From the NCBI GenBank assembly GCA_030390025.1, contig CM059430.1:72726001-72790000 (forward strand): 64,000 nt of DNA, written 5' to 3'. The position numbers and the translations under genes are program-made. Shown one piece after another: positions 24,708 through 38,537 of the stretch. The stretch comes from Squalus acanthias (taxonomy: Eukaryota). Position 1 is the stretch's first letter; each line of letters begins with the position of its first letter. A model generated the notes under the pieces. It was not told the origin of the DNA and ran no database searches. It saw nothing but the letters and a program-made list of their open reading frames with translations.

Positions 24708-25463
24708 TTAGTTTAAATCCTCCCGAACTGCTTTAGCAAATATTACCCCGAGGACATCGGTTCCAGTCCTGCCCAAGTGCAGACCGTCCCTTTTGTACAG
24801 GTCCCACTTCCCCCAGAACTAGTTCCAATGCCTCAGGAATTTGAATCCCTCCCTCCTGCAACACTGCTCAAGCCACATATTCAATCTCACTATCCTGTTC
24901 TCGCTATTCTGATTAGCACGTGACCCTGGTAGCAATCCAGAGATTACTACCTTAGAGGTCCCACTTTTTAATTTAGCTCCTAGCTCCCTAAATTCTGCTT
25001 GTAGGACCTCTTCCCGCTTTTTACCTATATCGTTGGTACCTACATGCACCACGACAGCTGGCTGTTCACCCTCCCTCTTCAGAATGTTCTGCAGCCGCTC
25101 CGAGACATCCTTGACCCTTGCACCAGGGAGGCAACATACCATCCTGGAATCTTGGTTGCGGCCACAGAAACTCCTGTCTATTCCCCTTACAATTGAGTCC
25201 CCTGTCACTATAGCACTCTTTTTCCCGCCCTGCTGTGCAGCAGAGCCAGCCATGGTGCCATGAACCTGGCTGCTGGTGCCTTCCCCTGGTAGGCCATCTC
25301 CCCCAACAGTATCCAAAGCGGCATACCTGTTTTGGAGGGAGATGACCACAGGGGACTCCTGCACTACCTTCCTGATATTGCCCGGCTTCTTGGTCACCCA
25401 TTCACTGTCTGTCCTAGCCTTTAGATGCGGTGTGGACAACTCACTAAATGAGCGATTCACCAA
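24708..25463 (-). pseudogene. CR1 ORF1, SGNH/GDSL esterase domain, 5'-truncated with one in-frame TAG at 24819-24821
   Basis: Motifs VTGDSIVRG, CLPGA and VHVGTNDIG. Past the TAG the frame continues FWGKWDLYKRDGLHL...VREDLN*. Confidence 0.9.
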
Positions 25464-26099
25464 CGGGTTTCTGTATCACACAGGTGACTAAAGTAATTGC
25501 TTTGAACAAAGAAAGTGCCGAGAAGCTGACACTTAATACAACAATAGATTGCAATTGCTGCTTTCGCCGATATCTCGTTCTTTCCAAGGTGGCCAATTTG
25601 TTCCACTTCAAATGCCAATGCAATTTTATCTTGTTCAGCTTTTCAAACCGATAATTATATGTTGCCCATCTCCACCTAAAGGCGTATACAGGTATTGAGG
25701 AAACTTTAATTATTTAATGTCAGCTCTTTCATTCACATGTGAATTAGGATGGAAGCAGCAGTCCGTAATATCATGAACAGTGCAAATTGCCCCAGAAAAT
25801 ACAAACAGGATGCGCTCGGTTTCCGAATGGAGATGTGTATTAATATTAATCCGTTAAAAAGTCTCCCCTACCCTACACTCCCAACAACGAATGTATAAAT
25901 ACCTTATAACTTAGCACGTACACTACACGGTTTTGTTTTACACTTCACGGCAGATAATCTTTTACTACTACGCACATTCAGTAGACAATTAATATTATGC
26001 TCTTTTTAGGCCATAAAGATGTTTTACTCCACTTAAAGCAGGCTTTGACCAGTGTCTTGGCAAATCGAAGAAATAGGGCGGTGGATAGGGCTTTCAACT

Positions 26100-29000
26100 A
26101 ATAAGGGGGAGGGAGGGTTCAGATAAGGGTAAATTGATAATTCGGAAGAGAACGTTCAAGGCTGTAGGGCAGAGTAGCGATTTAGGTAAAATCAGGCAGA
26201 TTGTGTCAGGAAGGGACAGAGATTCAATAACCATAACAGGGCATTAGCAACTAAGGCAACATCAGGGAAAATGAGTAAAAAAGTGAAAATTAAAGGCAGT
26301 ATCTCTGAATGCATGAAGCATTCATAACAAGATAGAAGAATCAATGGCAGAAATAGAGATTAATAGTTTTGAACTAGTAGTCATTACTGTACTGACACGT
26401 GGCCAAGATAGGGAACTAAATATTCTAGGGTACTTGACATTTACAAACGATAGGTAAAATGGAAAAGGAGTTCTGATAGCCCTGATAATGAAGCATGAGA
26501 TAAAGGCAGTAGGGAGAAAGGATCTTAGCCCAGAAAATGAGGTTGGAGCTAAAAATAACAATGGGCATAAAATACTGTTGGGAGTAGTTTATAGCCCTCC
26601 GAAAATTAATCCGAATGTTGGACAGAGTATAAATCTGGAAACTGGAGCAGCATGTAACAAGAGTAATGAAATATTCGTACGGGACATTAATCATCATATA
26701 GACTGGGCAAACCAAATTAGCAAAAGTAGCTTGGAGGACGAGTTCATGGAATGCAAACGAGACAGTTTTACAGAACAATCTGTTCTCGAGGAACTAGCTA
26801 GGAAATAGGCTTTTTTACATCTAGTATTGCGTAATGAGCTGGGGTTAATTTGTAATATTATAGTAAGGGATCCTTTGGGGAAGAGTGATCATGATATGAT
26901 AGAATTTCACGATGGATTTGAGAGTGAAACACTGAAGTATGAACCTAGTTTCTTAAATTTAAACAAAACCAATTACGGAGGTATGAGGGGTGAGTTGGCT
27001 GAGGTAAATTGGGAAATTAGATTAAAAGATATGATAGTAACTAAGCAATGGCAAACATTTGAATAAATAATTCACAATTCTCAACGAATATACATTCCCT
27101 TTGAGGAATAAAAACTACACTGGAAAAGTGGCACAGCCCTGGCTAACTAGAGAAGCTAAGGATGGTATTAGATTAAAAGAAGAAGCATATATTGTTGCCA
27201 AAAAATAGCAGTACGACTAAGGATTGGGAGGATTTTCAAATCAGCACAAGATGACCAAGAAATTGGTGAAGAGGGTGAAAATATTATATTTGAGTAAGCT
27301 AGCAAGAAATATAAAAAAAACAGTTAGGAAAAGGTTTTACAAGTACGTAAAAAGGAAGGGATTAGTAAAAGTAAAAATAGTTTCTTAGAGGCAGAGAAAG
27401 GAAAATTATGATGGGGAATAAGTAAAAGCTGTGATTATTTTCAGGAACACCTTTGCGATCTTCTGCGCATGTGTGCTGTATACCGGAGCCGCGCATGTTC
27501 AGTACCCAACCTGCAGTTGCGGCCTACACTTTGGGCCATTCTTTAATTACCTTCATGCGGAGAAGGTCAGGGGAACCGTTGGTGGCCGGGTGTGGGGGGT
27601 AGGAGGGGGGCGGGGAAATCGAGTATCGAAGGGGGAGAGAGTGAGGAGATCGGAGAGAGAGCGGAGATCGGTAAGTGAGAGGAGATCGGAGAGAGAGCGA
27701 AGATCAGAGAGAGAGGAAATCGAAGAGAGAGAGACAGAGGAGGTCAGAGGTGGTAGAGAAGAGAGTGAGAGGAGATCGGAAAGAGAGAGTAGATAGGAGA
27801 GTGGGCGATAAAGAGAGGGGATCGGATGTGGAGAGAGAGATGGGATGGGAGGGGGGGAGAGAGGATCGGAGGGGGAGAGGTGAGAAGCTCGGAGGGGGCA
27901 GAGGAACTCGGAGGTGGAGAGGAGGTTAATAACTCAACGGGAGGGTAAAGCGCACAGAGAGCACAGTGGGGATGGGGGGAGAACGGGATCGAGGTCATAA
28001 AGTGTGTGTGTGTGTGTGGGGGGGGGGGTGGTTTGGTGAGAGCAAGAATGTGATCCAGGTAGAAAGACGGATCAAGTTCTTCGAACCCGAACCGCTTTAC
28101 ACCCGCACTAGGTTCTGTCTCTCCTCCCCCTAGACCAGGTTGATTTTTCGGAAAGCCCGGCCCGTGTGTGGCGAGTGACATCATTGGACTGGACGACATC
28201 CGGCAATCATGACATTGTTACTATTCACTTCATACCCAATAAACCTGTTAACAATCCGTTACCCACACGAAATGCCCCATTTATGGGGAGGGAGATCAGG
28301 AAATTTTGGGGGGAGAAGGTGAGGAACCCGGGGTGGGGAGGTTCGGAACTTGGGCAGGGAGAGAAGGTCAGAAACTCGGGGTGGAGAGGGAGATGATCAG
28401 GATCCCGGGCGGAGAAAGGTCAGAAACTTGGGCAGGAGGAGAAGGTCAGGAACTTGCTGCGGGGGCGGCGGGGGGAGTGGGGGAGGTCAGCAGCACGGAG
28501 GTCAGCAGAGGAAGGCCGGGAACTTAGGCAGGTGGATACGATTAGGAACTCGTGGGGTGGAAGTTTGACAGGGGGTGAAGGTCACGATATTGGGTGGGTG
28601 TTCTGGAGATCAGGAGCAAGGCAGGGGAGTATGTCAGGAACCCGGGAGTGAGAAGGTCAGGAAAATTGGGCAGGGGGAGAAGGTCAGGAACTCGGGGGGA
28701 GGGAAAAGGCCAGGAACTCGGGGGGTGGGTGTAAGGTTAGTTACTTGTTTGGGGGCGGTAGCTGGTTTGACGGGGGAGAACTTCCTAATCCGCGAGGGTG
28801 AGCCCTGTCTGATCTCTGTGAGCTCTGTCTGGAGCCTGGCAGTCAGAATGAATGCCTCGATTTACACATTGCAAAGTACTTGATTACTTAGGCATGCAGG
28901 ATCTAATTACACACTGCTGGGTGTGTCTTGTCCTCCAAGGGGACAAATCAGAAATCTGGTGTTGCAAATAGACGTAACCATAAGTGAATGGCAGAGACGT

Positions 29001-30670
29001 TAAATAAACATTTTGTGTCTGTCTTCACAGTAGAACACACATATAACATATCGGAAATTGTGGGGTACCAAGGGTCTAATGACAGTGAGGAACTTAAAGT
29101 AATTAATATTAGTGAAACAGAAACACTGGAGAAATTAATATGACAGAAATCCCCTGGACCTGATGACCTACACGCGAGGGCTTTAAACGAAGTGGCTGCA
29201 GAAACAGTGGATGCATTTGTTTTGATTTTCAAGAATTCCCAGATTCTAGAACAGTCCACGTAGATTGGAAATAGGAAATGTAACCCCGCTGTTTACGAAA
29301 GGAGGGAGAGAGAAAACAGGGAACTATAGGCCCGTTAGCCTGGCATCAGCAGTAGGGAAATGCAGGAATCTATTATTAATGAGGTGATAACAGGGAAATT
29401 GGAAAATCATTATATGATTTGGCAGAGTCAACACGGTTTCATGAAAGGGAAATTGTGTTTGACAAATCTGTTACAGTTATTTGAGATTTTAGCAAGCAGG
29501 AAACATAAAGGGCAACCAGTGAATGTAGTATATTTGGATTTTCAGAAGGCATTCGATAAGATGCCACACAAGAGGCCGTTACACAGGATTTGGGTTCATG
29601 GGATTGGGGGTAATATATTAGCATGGATTGGGTATTGGTTAACAGAAATAAAACAGTGATTAGGAATTAACGGATCATTTTCGGGACAGCAGGGTGTAAC
29701 TACTGGAATGCGGCAAGGAGCTGTGCTTGGGCCTCAGCACTATACAATCTATATCAATGACGTGGATGAGGGGACCGAGTTTAATATATCCAAATTTGCT
29801 GAAGATGCAAAGCTAGGTGGGAAAGTAAGCTGTGAGGCGCATGCAAAAGGTTATAGACTGGTTAAGTGGGTGGGCAATAAGGTGGCAGATAGCGTATAAT
29901 TGTGGGAAATATCACATTATCCACTTTGGTAGGAAGAATGGAAAAGCAGAATATTTTTTTTAAATGTTAGAGACTGGTAAATATTGGTATTCAAAGAGAT
30001 TTTGGGGTCCTTGTACACGAATCGCAGAACGTTAACATGCAGGTATTGCAAGCAATTAGGAAGGCACATCGTATGTTAGCCATTACTGCAAGGGGTTTGG
30101 AGTATAAGAGTAAAGAAGTAAAGAAGTCTTGCTGCAATGATCATAGGGCATGCTGCGACTACAACTGTAGTTCTGTGTACACTTTTGGTCTCCTTTTCTA
30201 AGGAAGGATATACTTGCCTTCGAGGGGGTATAACGTGCGTATACTAGATTCATTCCTGGGATGAAAGTGCTGTCTTATGAGGAGCGATTCAGTAGAATGG
30301 ACTTATATTCTCTGGAGTTTAGCAAAATGAGAGGTGATCTCATTGATACCGACACAATTCTTAGAGAGCTTCACAGCGTAGAGACTCATAGGCTGTTTCC
30401 CCTGGCTGGAGAGTCTAGACCTAGGGATCATGGCCACAGGATACGGGGTTTGCCGTTTAGGATTGAGATGAGGATTGCGAATCTTGTGAGTTCTCTACGC
30501 TGGAGGACTGTGGCTGTTCAGTCGATGAGTACATCCAAGACTGAGATTGATAGATTACTGGGCACGAAACAGATCAAGGGATATCGGGATAGGGCGGGAA
30601 AGTGGAATTGATGTAGAAGTTCAGCCATGATCGATGGGCCGTATGGCCTACTCCCGCTCTCATTTCTTAT
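26100..30670 (+). mobile_element. Decayed near full-length CR1 ORF2, interrupted by an insert at about 27423-28979
   Basis: Fragments with GVVYSPP, KSDH, YLDFQKAFDKMPH and SKFAED, and a CR1 tail at about 30625-30670. Confidence 0.9.
27423..28979. repeat. Unclassified 1.55-kb insert with purine-rich degenerate tandem repeats
   Basis: It splits the CR1 at atggggaataag|..atggcagagacg with ATAAG on both sides. It contains repeated gagatcggagagag units, repeated gagaaggtcaggaactcgggg units, and a (GT)n/G run. Confidence 0.6.
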
Positions 30671-30774
30671 TAACCAGTTGGTGATTGAAAGTTTCCCAAA
30701 GATGTTAAATAATGAATTTGGAAAGGAAAGATTGTACTTACCTCTTCATATCCAAAGGACCAATTGCTATGACA

Positions 30775-30960
30775 GTTATTCCCGGTGTTCTAGCCAACAT
30801 TTATCAATCAACATCACTAAAGCAGATGATCTGGGAGCATGCTGCGCGCAAATTGGCTGCTGCGTTTCCTACATTGCAACACTTCAAAAAGCATTTCATT
30901 GGCTGGGACGCCCAGTGATCGTGAACCGCGATATAAATGCAAGTCATTCTTTTTTTCTTT
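30775..30960 (+). mobile_element. DeuSINE 3' half
   Basis: Reverse-complement match to 31735-31950, ending atataaatgcaagtcattctttt. Confidence 0.75.
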
Positions 30961-31704
30961 TTAATCATTATATTTCCATGATGCAGTGATATCTGACCGG
31001 TTGATGTTAGCAACAATCCAGGGAGGACTAAAGGTCTCAACTGCATATAGCACGAGTGTCCATCATCCTGCAACCTGGTTCTGAAACTGAAAATTTGAAG
31101 AAGCACAGACCAGCATTGCTTAATGGAGAGTGTAATGAGGCCCCATCAAACTTCCGCTCAACTGCCTATCAAAGAACCGTACTCTGATGAGACGGTAGCC
31201 CGGGTTTTGAGAACAAGAAATAGAAAGCTCGTTGAATTACGGAATTATATAAATTTCAAAATTATGCCAGATAACCGCTCACAGATTCGTCAGTCAAGGA
31301 TAACATTTATCGGAGTGACCATTGCACAGGGCTTGCAAAATCAATTCTCGAGTTCACAATGAGGATTTTCATCGTGCAATATGGCACCACCGCTAAGTGG
31401 GACAGACTAAGAAAATCAGACAGATCTGTAGAAAATCGATATATTTTGACATTGCTTTTGTTATAATAGAGACCAGATTATAACATGGAAAGGATTTGTT
31501 TAAATAATTTCCTCGAAAAAGCCTGTTTTTTCCTCTCATGTTCTCAAAATCCCTTCTCAATATGGTTGATAAGGAAAGCTTTTAAATCACAGGCTTTTAT
31601 CACAGCAGTGTTGCCATGAGTGCATACATCTGAGGATTGATTATATCAGAGGATGATTTAGGGCTAAATAAATAAGAAGTAACAGTCTTGTGCGAAAGAA
31701 GGAA

Positions 31705-32190
31705 AGAATGAAAGAAAGAAAAAGAAAGAAAGAAAGACTTGCATTTATATAGCGCCTTTCACGGACGTCCCAAAGCACTTTACAGCCAATAAAGTACTTT
31801 TTGAAGTGTAGTCACTGTTGTAATGTAGGAAACGCGGGAGCCAAATGGCGCACAGCAAGCTCCCACAAACAGCAATGTGATAATGACCAGATAATCTGTT
31901 TTTGTTACTTTGATTGAGTTATAAATATTGGCCAAGACCCCGGGGAGAACTCCCCTGGTCTGCTTCAAAATAGTGTTATGGGATCTTTTACTTCCACCTG
32001 AGAGAGCAGTCGGGACCTCGGTTTAACGTCTCATCCAAACGACGGCACCTCCGTAGGTGCTCCACTCGCTCAGTACTTCACGGGAGTGTCAGCCTAGATT
32101 TTTGTGCTCAAGTCTCTGGAGTGGGACTTGAATCCACAACCTTCGGACTCAGAGGCGAGGGTGCTAGCAAATGAGCCACAACTGACACTC
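31705..32190 (-). mobile_element. Full-length DeuSINE (SacSINE1-like), tRNA-derived head
   Basis: The minus-strand head has an A box (tggctcatttg) and B box (ggattcaagtcc). The tail is aaaggcgctatataaatgcaag followed by (tctt)n. Confidence 0.85.
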
Positions 32191-32559
32191 AAAAGGGTAT
32201 GAGGCCTTTCATCTCTGTTTGGTGAACTATTTGAAACAAATGTGCAGTTGTAAAACATGAGGTAAGTTTGCATTCGGGATGAGGAGAATGATCAACCAAA
32301 AGGGTGTCAGACAGATGCCATGTTTTACTTAGTTAGAAAGAAGGAAAGCAAGCTGCATTGGAGACCTTGGGGCGTGGACAGGCTTGGAGAAGCCATCTTC
32401 ACGATTTGTCTTGAAATCTCCACACTGTAAGTTTTGGACTCAGGGCTAACGTTCGCTACTCTATATGGTTGGTTATGGTGTTTAAGAGTAATATTTTATT
32501 GGTTAGTGTGTTTACGATTAATGTTTTGTCGGTAATAAATGAAGTAACATATCACACAT

Positions 32560-33330
32560 GTTACTGTCACTCGTTGTACGAATCTGTTTAAAGGATAAGG
32601 AAGGAATCATCCAACAACGTCTAGGGACAAAACTGCACATTCATGAAACACTGTGTGCCATCAGCAGATGCAGAATTGTGCACCACCACAATCTGTAACC
32701 TAATGGCCCAACAGATACCCCATTCCTCCTTTTGCATCAGGCAGGAGATCATCCCTGGTTAATGGAGATTGTAGTACAGCTTTTCAGGACAGGCGCCAGT
32801 CATACTTTAGCGTAAAAAGACAAAGTAGTAAAGCAACAGCACAGGACTACCCTCAAGGAAAACATAAAAATCCGTAGCTAATTGACAGCAAAGCGATCGC
32901 ACTACCAATCACCAGACAAAAGATCTCTAGCTTAACTACATTCATTCTATAGTGGTAATGGACAATCAGGCAACCAACGGGAAAAGATAGCAACATGAAC
33001 TTCCCCATTATCTTCTATGGCAGGGCCAGTGTGCAATCTTCAGCCAAAGGTGCGAAGTGCACAATTCAACTCAGCTGTCCTCTGACGTCTACACCGTCAT
33101 AGATACGGCCGTCCAGTCTATTAGATTTATTGCAAGTGACAATAAGAAGCAACCGAGTGCATTCAACACCGAGAAGGCGAAGGCAGGATCCTTGCTGCCG
33201 AGCTGAAGACCAAAACTCCAGAACTAGCATCCTGTTCCCCTAGGTAAGTTACTATAGTGCACCTATGGCACAGGCATCCACACAAATTTGTGGGAAATTG
33301 CCTGTGTATGATTTAACTAAAAAATAAACT
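32560..33330 (+). mobile_element. Old LINE fragment of a second CR1/L2-group family (continues about 36372-37430)
   Basis: Decayed RT-upstream sequence. The 36400-37430 part resembles the reverse complement of 60850-62180. Confidence 0.5.
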
Positions 33331-33389
33331 CCAGCAAATATCTAGCGCAGAAATTAAAGCTCTAACAACCTCCTCCCAGTTATCATTAC

Positions 33390-36372
33390 TGACGCAGAAC
33401 GTGAGAGTAGATTCAGAAGGGAAAGAAGCAAAACTGGGAATGGAAGGCGTAAAATTAGTAAGCGAGTTTGGAAGAGTGAGGAAACAAAGGCTAGTAAATA
33501 GACAACAAGGTAGTTTGGCAGTGCTAAATGGTATATACTTCAACGCAAGGAGTCTAGGGTATAAAGCAAATGAGCTAAGGCACAGATAGACACGTGGGGT
33601 ATGATATTATAGCTATTACTGAGAAATGGCTGAAAGAAGGGCAGGAATGGCAGCTCAACATTCTTGGTGAACAGGGTTTTGAGACGAGATGGAGAGGGGG
33701 ATAAAAAAGAAGGGGGGGTCGCAATATTGATTAAAGAACCAATTACAGCTGTGAGCAGGGAGGATATCGTAGAAGGATCATCCAATGAGGCCATATGGGT
33801 TGAACTGAAAAACAAAAAAGGTGCAATCACACTGCTGGGGTGTACTATAGTACCCCAAACAGTCAGAGGGAGATAAAAGAGCAAATAGGTAGACACATTT
33901 CTGAGACGTACAATAGTAGGGCAGTAATAGAAGGGCATTTAAACTTGCCTAACATTAACTGGGATAAAATAGTGTGAAAGGTATAGAGTGAGCAGAATTC
34001 TTAAAATGCATTCAGGAGAATAGTTTTTAGCCAGTACGTAACAAGCCCAACAAGAGAGGGGCGGTTCTGGATCTAGTTTCAGGGAATGAAGCTAGGCAGG
34101 TGGAAAGGGTATCAGTGGGAGAGCATATTGGTGGTAGTGATCATATTCTGTTAGATTTAAGGTAGCTATGGAAAAGTAGAAGGCCAGATCAGGAATAATA
34201 TTTCTCAATTGAGGAAAAGTTAATTTTGCTAAGTTGGGATCTGATATAGCCAAAGTGAACTGTAGATAGAAACTGGAAGGTAAATTAGTGTCAGAGCAGT
34301 GGGAGGCATTCAAGGAGGAGATACTGAGGGTTCTGAGCAAGTATATTCCCTTAAAGAAAAAGGGTGGGACTGACAAATCTAGAGCTCACTGGATGTCAAG
34401 TGCCATACAGGGTAGGATAAAGAACAAAAGGCAAGCTTATAACATATCCCGAGTGTTTAATACTGCAGAAATCCTAGTGGAGTATAGAAAGTGCTGGGGT
34501 GAAATTAAAAAGGAAATTGGAAAGCAAAGAGAGGGCATGAACAAATATTGACAAATAAAATCAAGGAAAACCCAAAGATGTTTTACAAATAAATTAAGAG
34601 CAAGAGGATAACGGAAGTTAGAGTAGGGCCTATTAGGGACCATAAAGTTAAACTGTGTGTGGATTTGGAAGACATGCGCATGGTTCTTAACGTATACTTC
34701 CCATCTATTTTCACAAAAGAGAGGGACGATGCAGACATTGCAATCAGGGAGGAGTTGTGTGAAATATTAGATGAAATAAACAGTGAAAGAGGAAGTATTA
34801 AGGAGTTCAGCATCTTTGAAAGTGGATAAATCCCCAGGCCCGGATGAAATGTATCCAAGACTGTTAAGAGAAGTAAGAGAGGAAATAGCAGAGGCTCTGA
34901 CCATCATTTTCTAATCCTCTCTGGCTACAGGTGTGGTGCTAGATGATTGGTGGACTGCTAACGTGGTACTGTTGTTTAAAATGTGAGAAAGGAATAGACC
35001 GAGTAATTACAGTCCAGTCAGCCTAACCTCGGTGGTGGGAAAATTATTGGAAAACAATTTGAGGGCTAGGATAAATCTTAATTTAGAAAGTCACGGATTA
35101 ATCAGGGACAATGAGCATGTATTTGTTAAGAGAAGGTCCTGTCTGACTAACTTTATTGAATTTTTTGAGAATATAACAAGGAGTTTCGATGAGGGTAGTG
35201 CGTTTGATGTAATCTATACGGATTTTAGAAAGTCTTTTGATAAGGTCTCGCATGTCAGACTGGTCATGAAAGTGAAAGGCCATGGGATCCAAGGCAAAGT
35301 GGCAAGTTGGATCCAAAATTGGCTCAGAGGCAGGAAACACAGGGTAATGGTCGAAGTGAGTTTTTGTTACTGGAAGGCTGCTTGGAGTTGGGGTTCGCAG
35401 GGCTCAGTACTGGGCCCTTTGCTTTTTGTGGTATAAATTAATGATTTGGACTTGAATGTAGGAAGTATGATTAAGAAGGTTGAAGATGATACAAAAATTT
35501 GTCGTGTAGTTGTAAATGAAGAAGAAAGCTGTAGACTGCAGGAAGATATCAATGGACTGGCCTGGTGCGCAGAACAGTGGCAAATGGAATTCAATCCAGA
35601 GAAGTGTGAGGTAATGCATTTGGGGAGGACTGACAAGGCCAGGGATTAAACAATAAATGGCAGGACACTGAGAAGTGCAGAGGATCAGAGGGACCGGATG
35701 TCCACAGATCCCTGAAGGTAACAGGACAGGTAGATCAGGTCGTTAAAAATACATAAGGGATACTTGCCTTTATTAGCCGAGGCATAGAATATTAGAGCAG
35801 AGAGGTTATGGTTGAACTGTATAAAACACTAGCTAAAATACCGCGTGCAGTTCTGGTCACTAAATTAAAGGAAGGATGTGTTGCACGAGAGAGGATGCAG
35901 AGGAGATTTACGAGGATGTTGTCTTGGCTGGGGAATTTTAGCTATGAGGAAAGATTGGATAGGCTGGGGTTATTTTCTTTTGAACAGAAGAGGCTGAGGG
36001 GAGATCTAATTGAGGTATAAAATTATGAGGGGCCGAGATAGAGTGGATAGGAAGGAACGATTTCCCTTAGCGGAAGGGACATACCCAGGGGGCATAGATT
36101 TTAAGTAATTGGTAGGAGGGTTAGAGGGAATTTGAGGAGAATTCTTTTCACCCAGAGGGTGGTGCGCGTCTGGAACTCATTGCCTGAAATGGTGGTGGAG
36201 GCACAAACCCTCATCGCACTTAAAAAGTACTTGGATATGCAGCTGAAGTGCCATAACCTACAAGGCTATGAACCAAGTGCTGAAAATTGAGATTAGGGTG
36301 GATAGCTCTTTGTCGGCCGGAAGGGACAAGATGGGCCGAATAGCCTCCTTCTGTGCTGTAAATTTATATGAT
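33390..36372 (+). mobile_element. Decayed near full-length CR1 ORF2 and 3' end
   Basis: Motifs YFNARSL, GGGVAILIK, SCLTNFIEFFE, QGSVLGPLLF and WQMEFNPEKCEVMHLG, plus a CR1 tail at about 36330-36372. Confidence 0.92.
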
Positions 36373-38537
36373 ACTATAGTGAACAGTACCTTCATGTTAC
36401 ATGTTGACGACAATATTCTGCTCGCTATAGCTTTATTAGGACGGTCAAAATTAGGACCGCCAGAATCACTCAGCTCCAAACCGTATTCAGAGAATATGGG
36501 AGCTGAACAGCATTGGAGAATAGGCAGCAGCTGCCTGAACATTAACGCATCATTGCAATGCGTGTGGCATCAAGGAGTCTTCAGAATCTGGAAGTCATTT
36601 GGGACAAGTGGAACACCCTTCAGTTGGTGCTCAATCTTCACAGCCGTCTTACAGAAGAATCCTCAGTCTAACTATCTTCAGCTGCTCCATCAATGACCTC
36701 CACTCCACCATAAATTCACGAGCGTGGCTGTTAACTGATAATTATAGTGTTCAGCTCCAGTGGCAACTCCTTAGATAAAGAATCAGCCTACAGCAGAAGT
36801 AACTTTCAAACAGGAATTGGATATACACTTGAAAACGAAAAACATTGCGGGGCTATGGCGAAAGAGCAGGCGAGTGAAACTATTTCGATAGCTCTTTCAA
36901 AGAGCCGCCACAGGCACGATGGGCCAAATTACCTCTTGCTGTGCTGTATGATTCTATCCTAATTCTATGATACCAGCCCACAACAGGACATTTCCAACAT
37001 TCAATGCGAGGTAAAATTCGTGCCACATAAGTGCCAAGCAATGGCCAGCTCATAGACCAAGCAAAATCACATCAATTTCAACAATGCTTCAACACACCAT
37101 CTATATCCTGGGCGTTAATCATTGGTTAGCAACTTAACCGACCCTGCCATATGAACAACCGTAACTACTGAAGCAGCTTTGCAATGAATGGTTTATATAT
37201 CAACCTGTGTGCCTCTTTATGCCATCCTCACTGCTCAAGTGTGGAATTTGGAACCACAGGCACTATTCGCCCGGATGGGAGCTTCTGAAAGCTCAAGTAT
37301 CTCCACACTATCCACAACACCAACAGTTTGTTTGATTCGTATCCATTTCACAGGAATCCATGGGTGCAGTACGTACTATGTACATGATGCATTGAAACAA
37401 TCAATTCATCAACAACTGACCCAGAGTTGATAATGGAAAAAAAACAAATGTGGAAAGTTTTGACAAGCATTGGTCCAAAGTAAACTTGTTCCTCCCAAGC
37501 ACACTACACTTACCAGTTGTCATGTCTTAAATTACTCATATGGGGACGTTTTTGGATTAATCTATTTTAAGGTAAATGGGGTTTGATGCAATTTAGTGGT
37601 TACTTTTATAAAGCCAACAGACCACCTTGCCTTATCTCGTTCTTGTCTTACCATTAATATCTGAGTAATATAGACGTTTGGTGTGGATTTTGTAGGAAAG
37701 AACGCAGCACACAAGGGTGTCGCTATCAGAAAGTGTTGCCCACATTATTTTGCTAACGATTTTTAATCGCCTTATTGATGCCATTTACAATAAGGGCCAA
37801 AGGAATGTCATACACCAGCAAAGTAATGCTAATCCCAAGTAAATTGTGCCAAGACAATGCCACACATTGTGAAGAGTGAAAAAAACTCAAGATTGACGGC
37901 AAAAAACACTGAAGAGCCAGAATATCATTTTAATGATTGAAGAATGCAGCCTTGTTAACCATTAGGCAATTGAGTATAAAAGAAAGAAATAACATTCATC
38001 CTGACTTTTTAAAGAAGTCAACTGTATTAATGTTATGGCTGGATAACGATTTATAAAATAAGTCGCACCAATTGGTGCATTTGTCTGTTGAAGTATGTTG
38101 ACCTGGAAAATAATGGCGGCTGAAGCATAACAAATATACATACAGGGGCAAGTGACCAGGCTAACGCGAGCATTCTGCACGACGACAGTGGTCTCTGCAT
38201 AGGTTAAAACATTAGGTGATTTTTGTTCTGGTGTAGATGACCTCGGCTGCTACTCTTTGGGTTTTCAAGTGTAACTGAACGTAATCTGAACTCTTGTCCT
38301 GAAGTTTAGGCTGTTCTATTTTCCTGGAGCCAGACAATTCCAGCGCAGCGTATGTCAGATTGTTATCTGTTGTCGCTTGCTTTGTCTATAAAGCGAGTGT
38401 TGGAGAATATCATTATTACATAGCCAATGCCAGTTTGTTCATTAGTAAAAGGAGCCATTACATTTAAGAAAGTCAACAGGTAATGCAAACTAATTTATTT
38501 CCTCCGCTACCATGGGTGACCTGTGTTTATTTTTTTC

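Larger units (their letters stand above)
21621..25470 (-). mobile_element. Young, 5'-truncated CR1 (HER1-like) LINE with esterase-type ORF1 and APE-RT ORF2
   Basis: Long open ORF1 and ORF2, short 3'UTR, and a (ctatgttt)3 terminal repeat at 21621-21645. Confidence 0.97.

Noticed and set aside
22111-25491. Numerous plus-strand ORFs overlapping the young CR1
   Set aside because: They are antisense shadows of the CR1 ORFs.
27431-28883. Arg/Glu/Gly-rich ORFs, or a CRISPR-like repeat array
   Set aside because: These are low-complexity degenerate tandem repeats with no constant repeat/unique spacer pattern, in vertebrate DNA with no cas genes.
32110-32190. tRNA gene
   Set aside because: The A/B boxes belong to the tRNA-derived head of a SINE, and there is no full cloverleaf.
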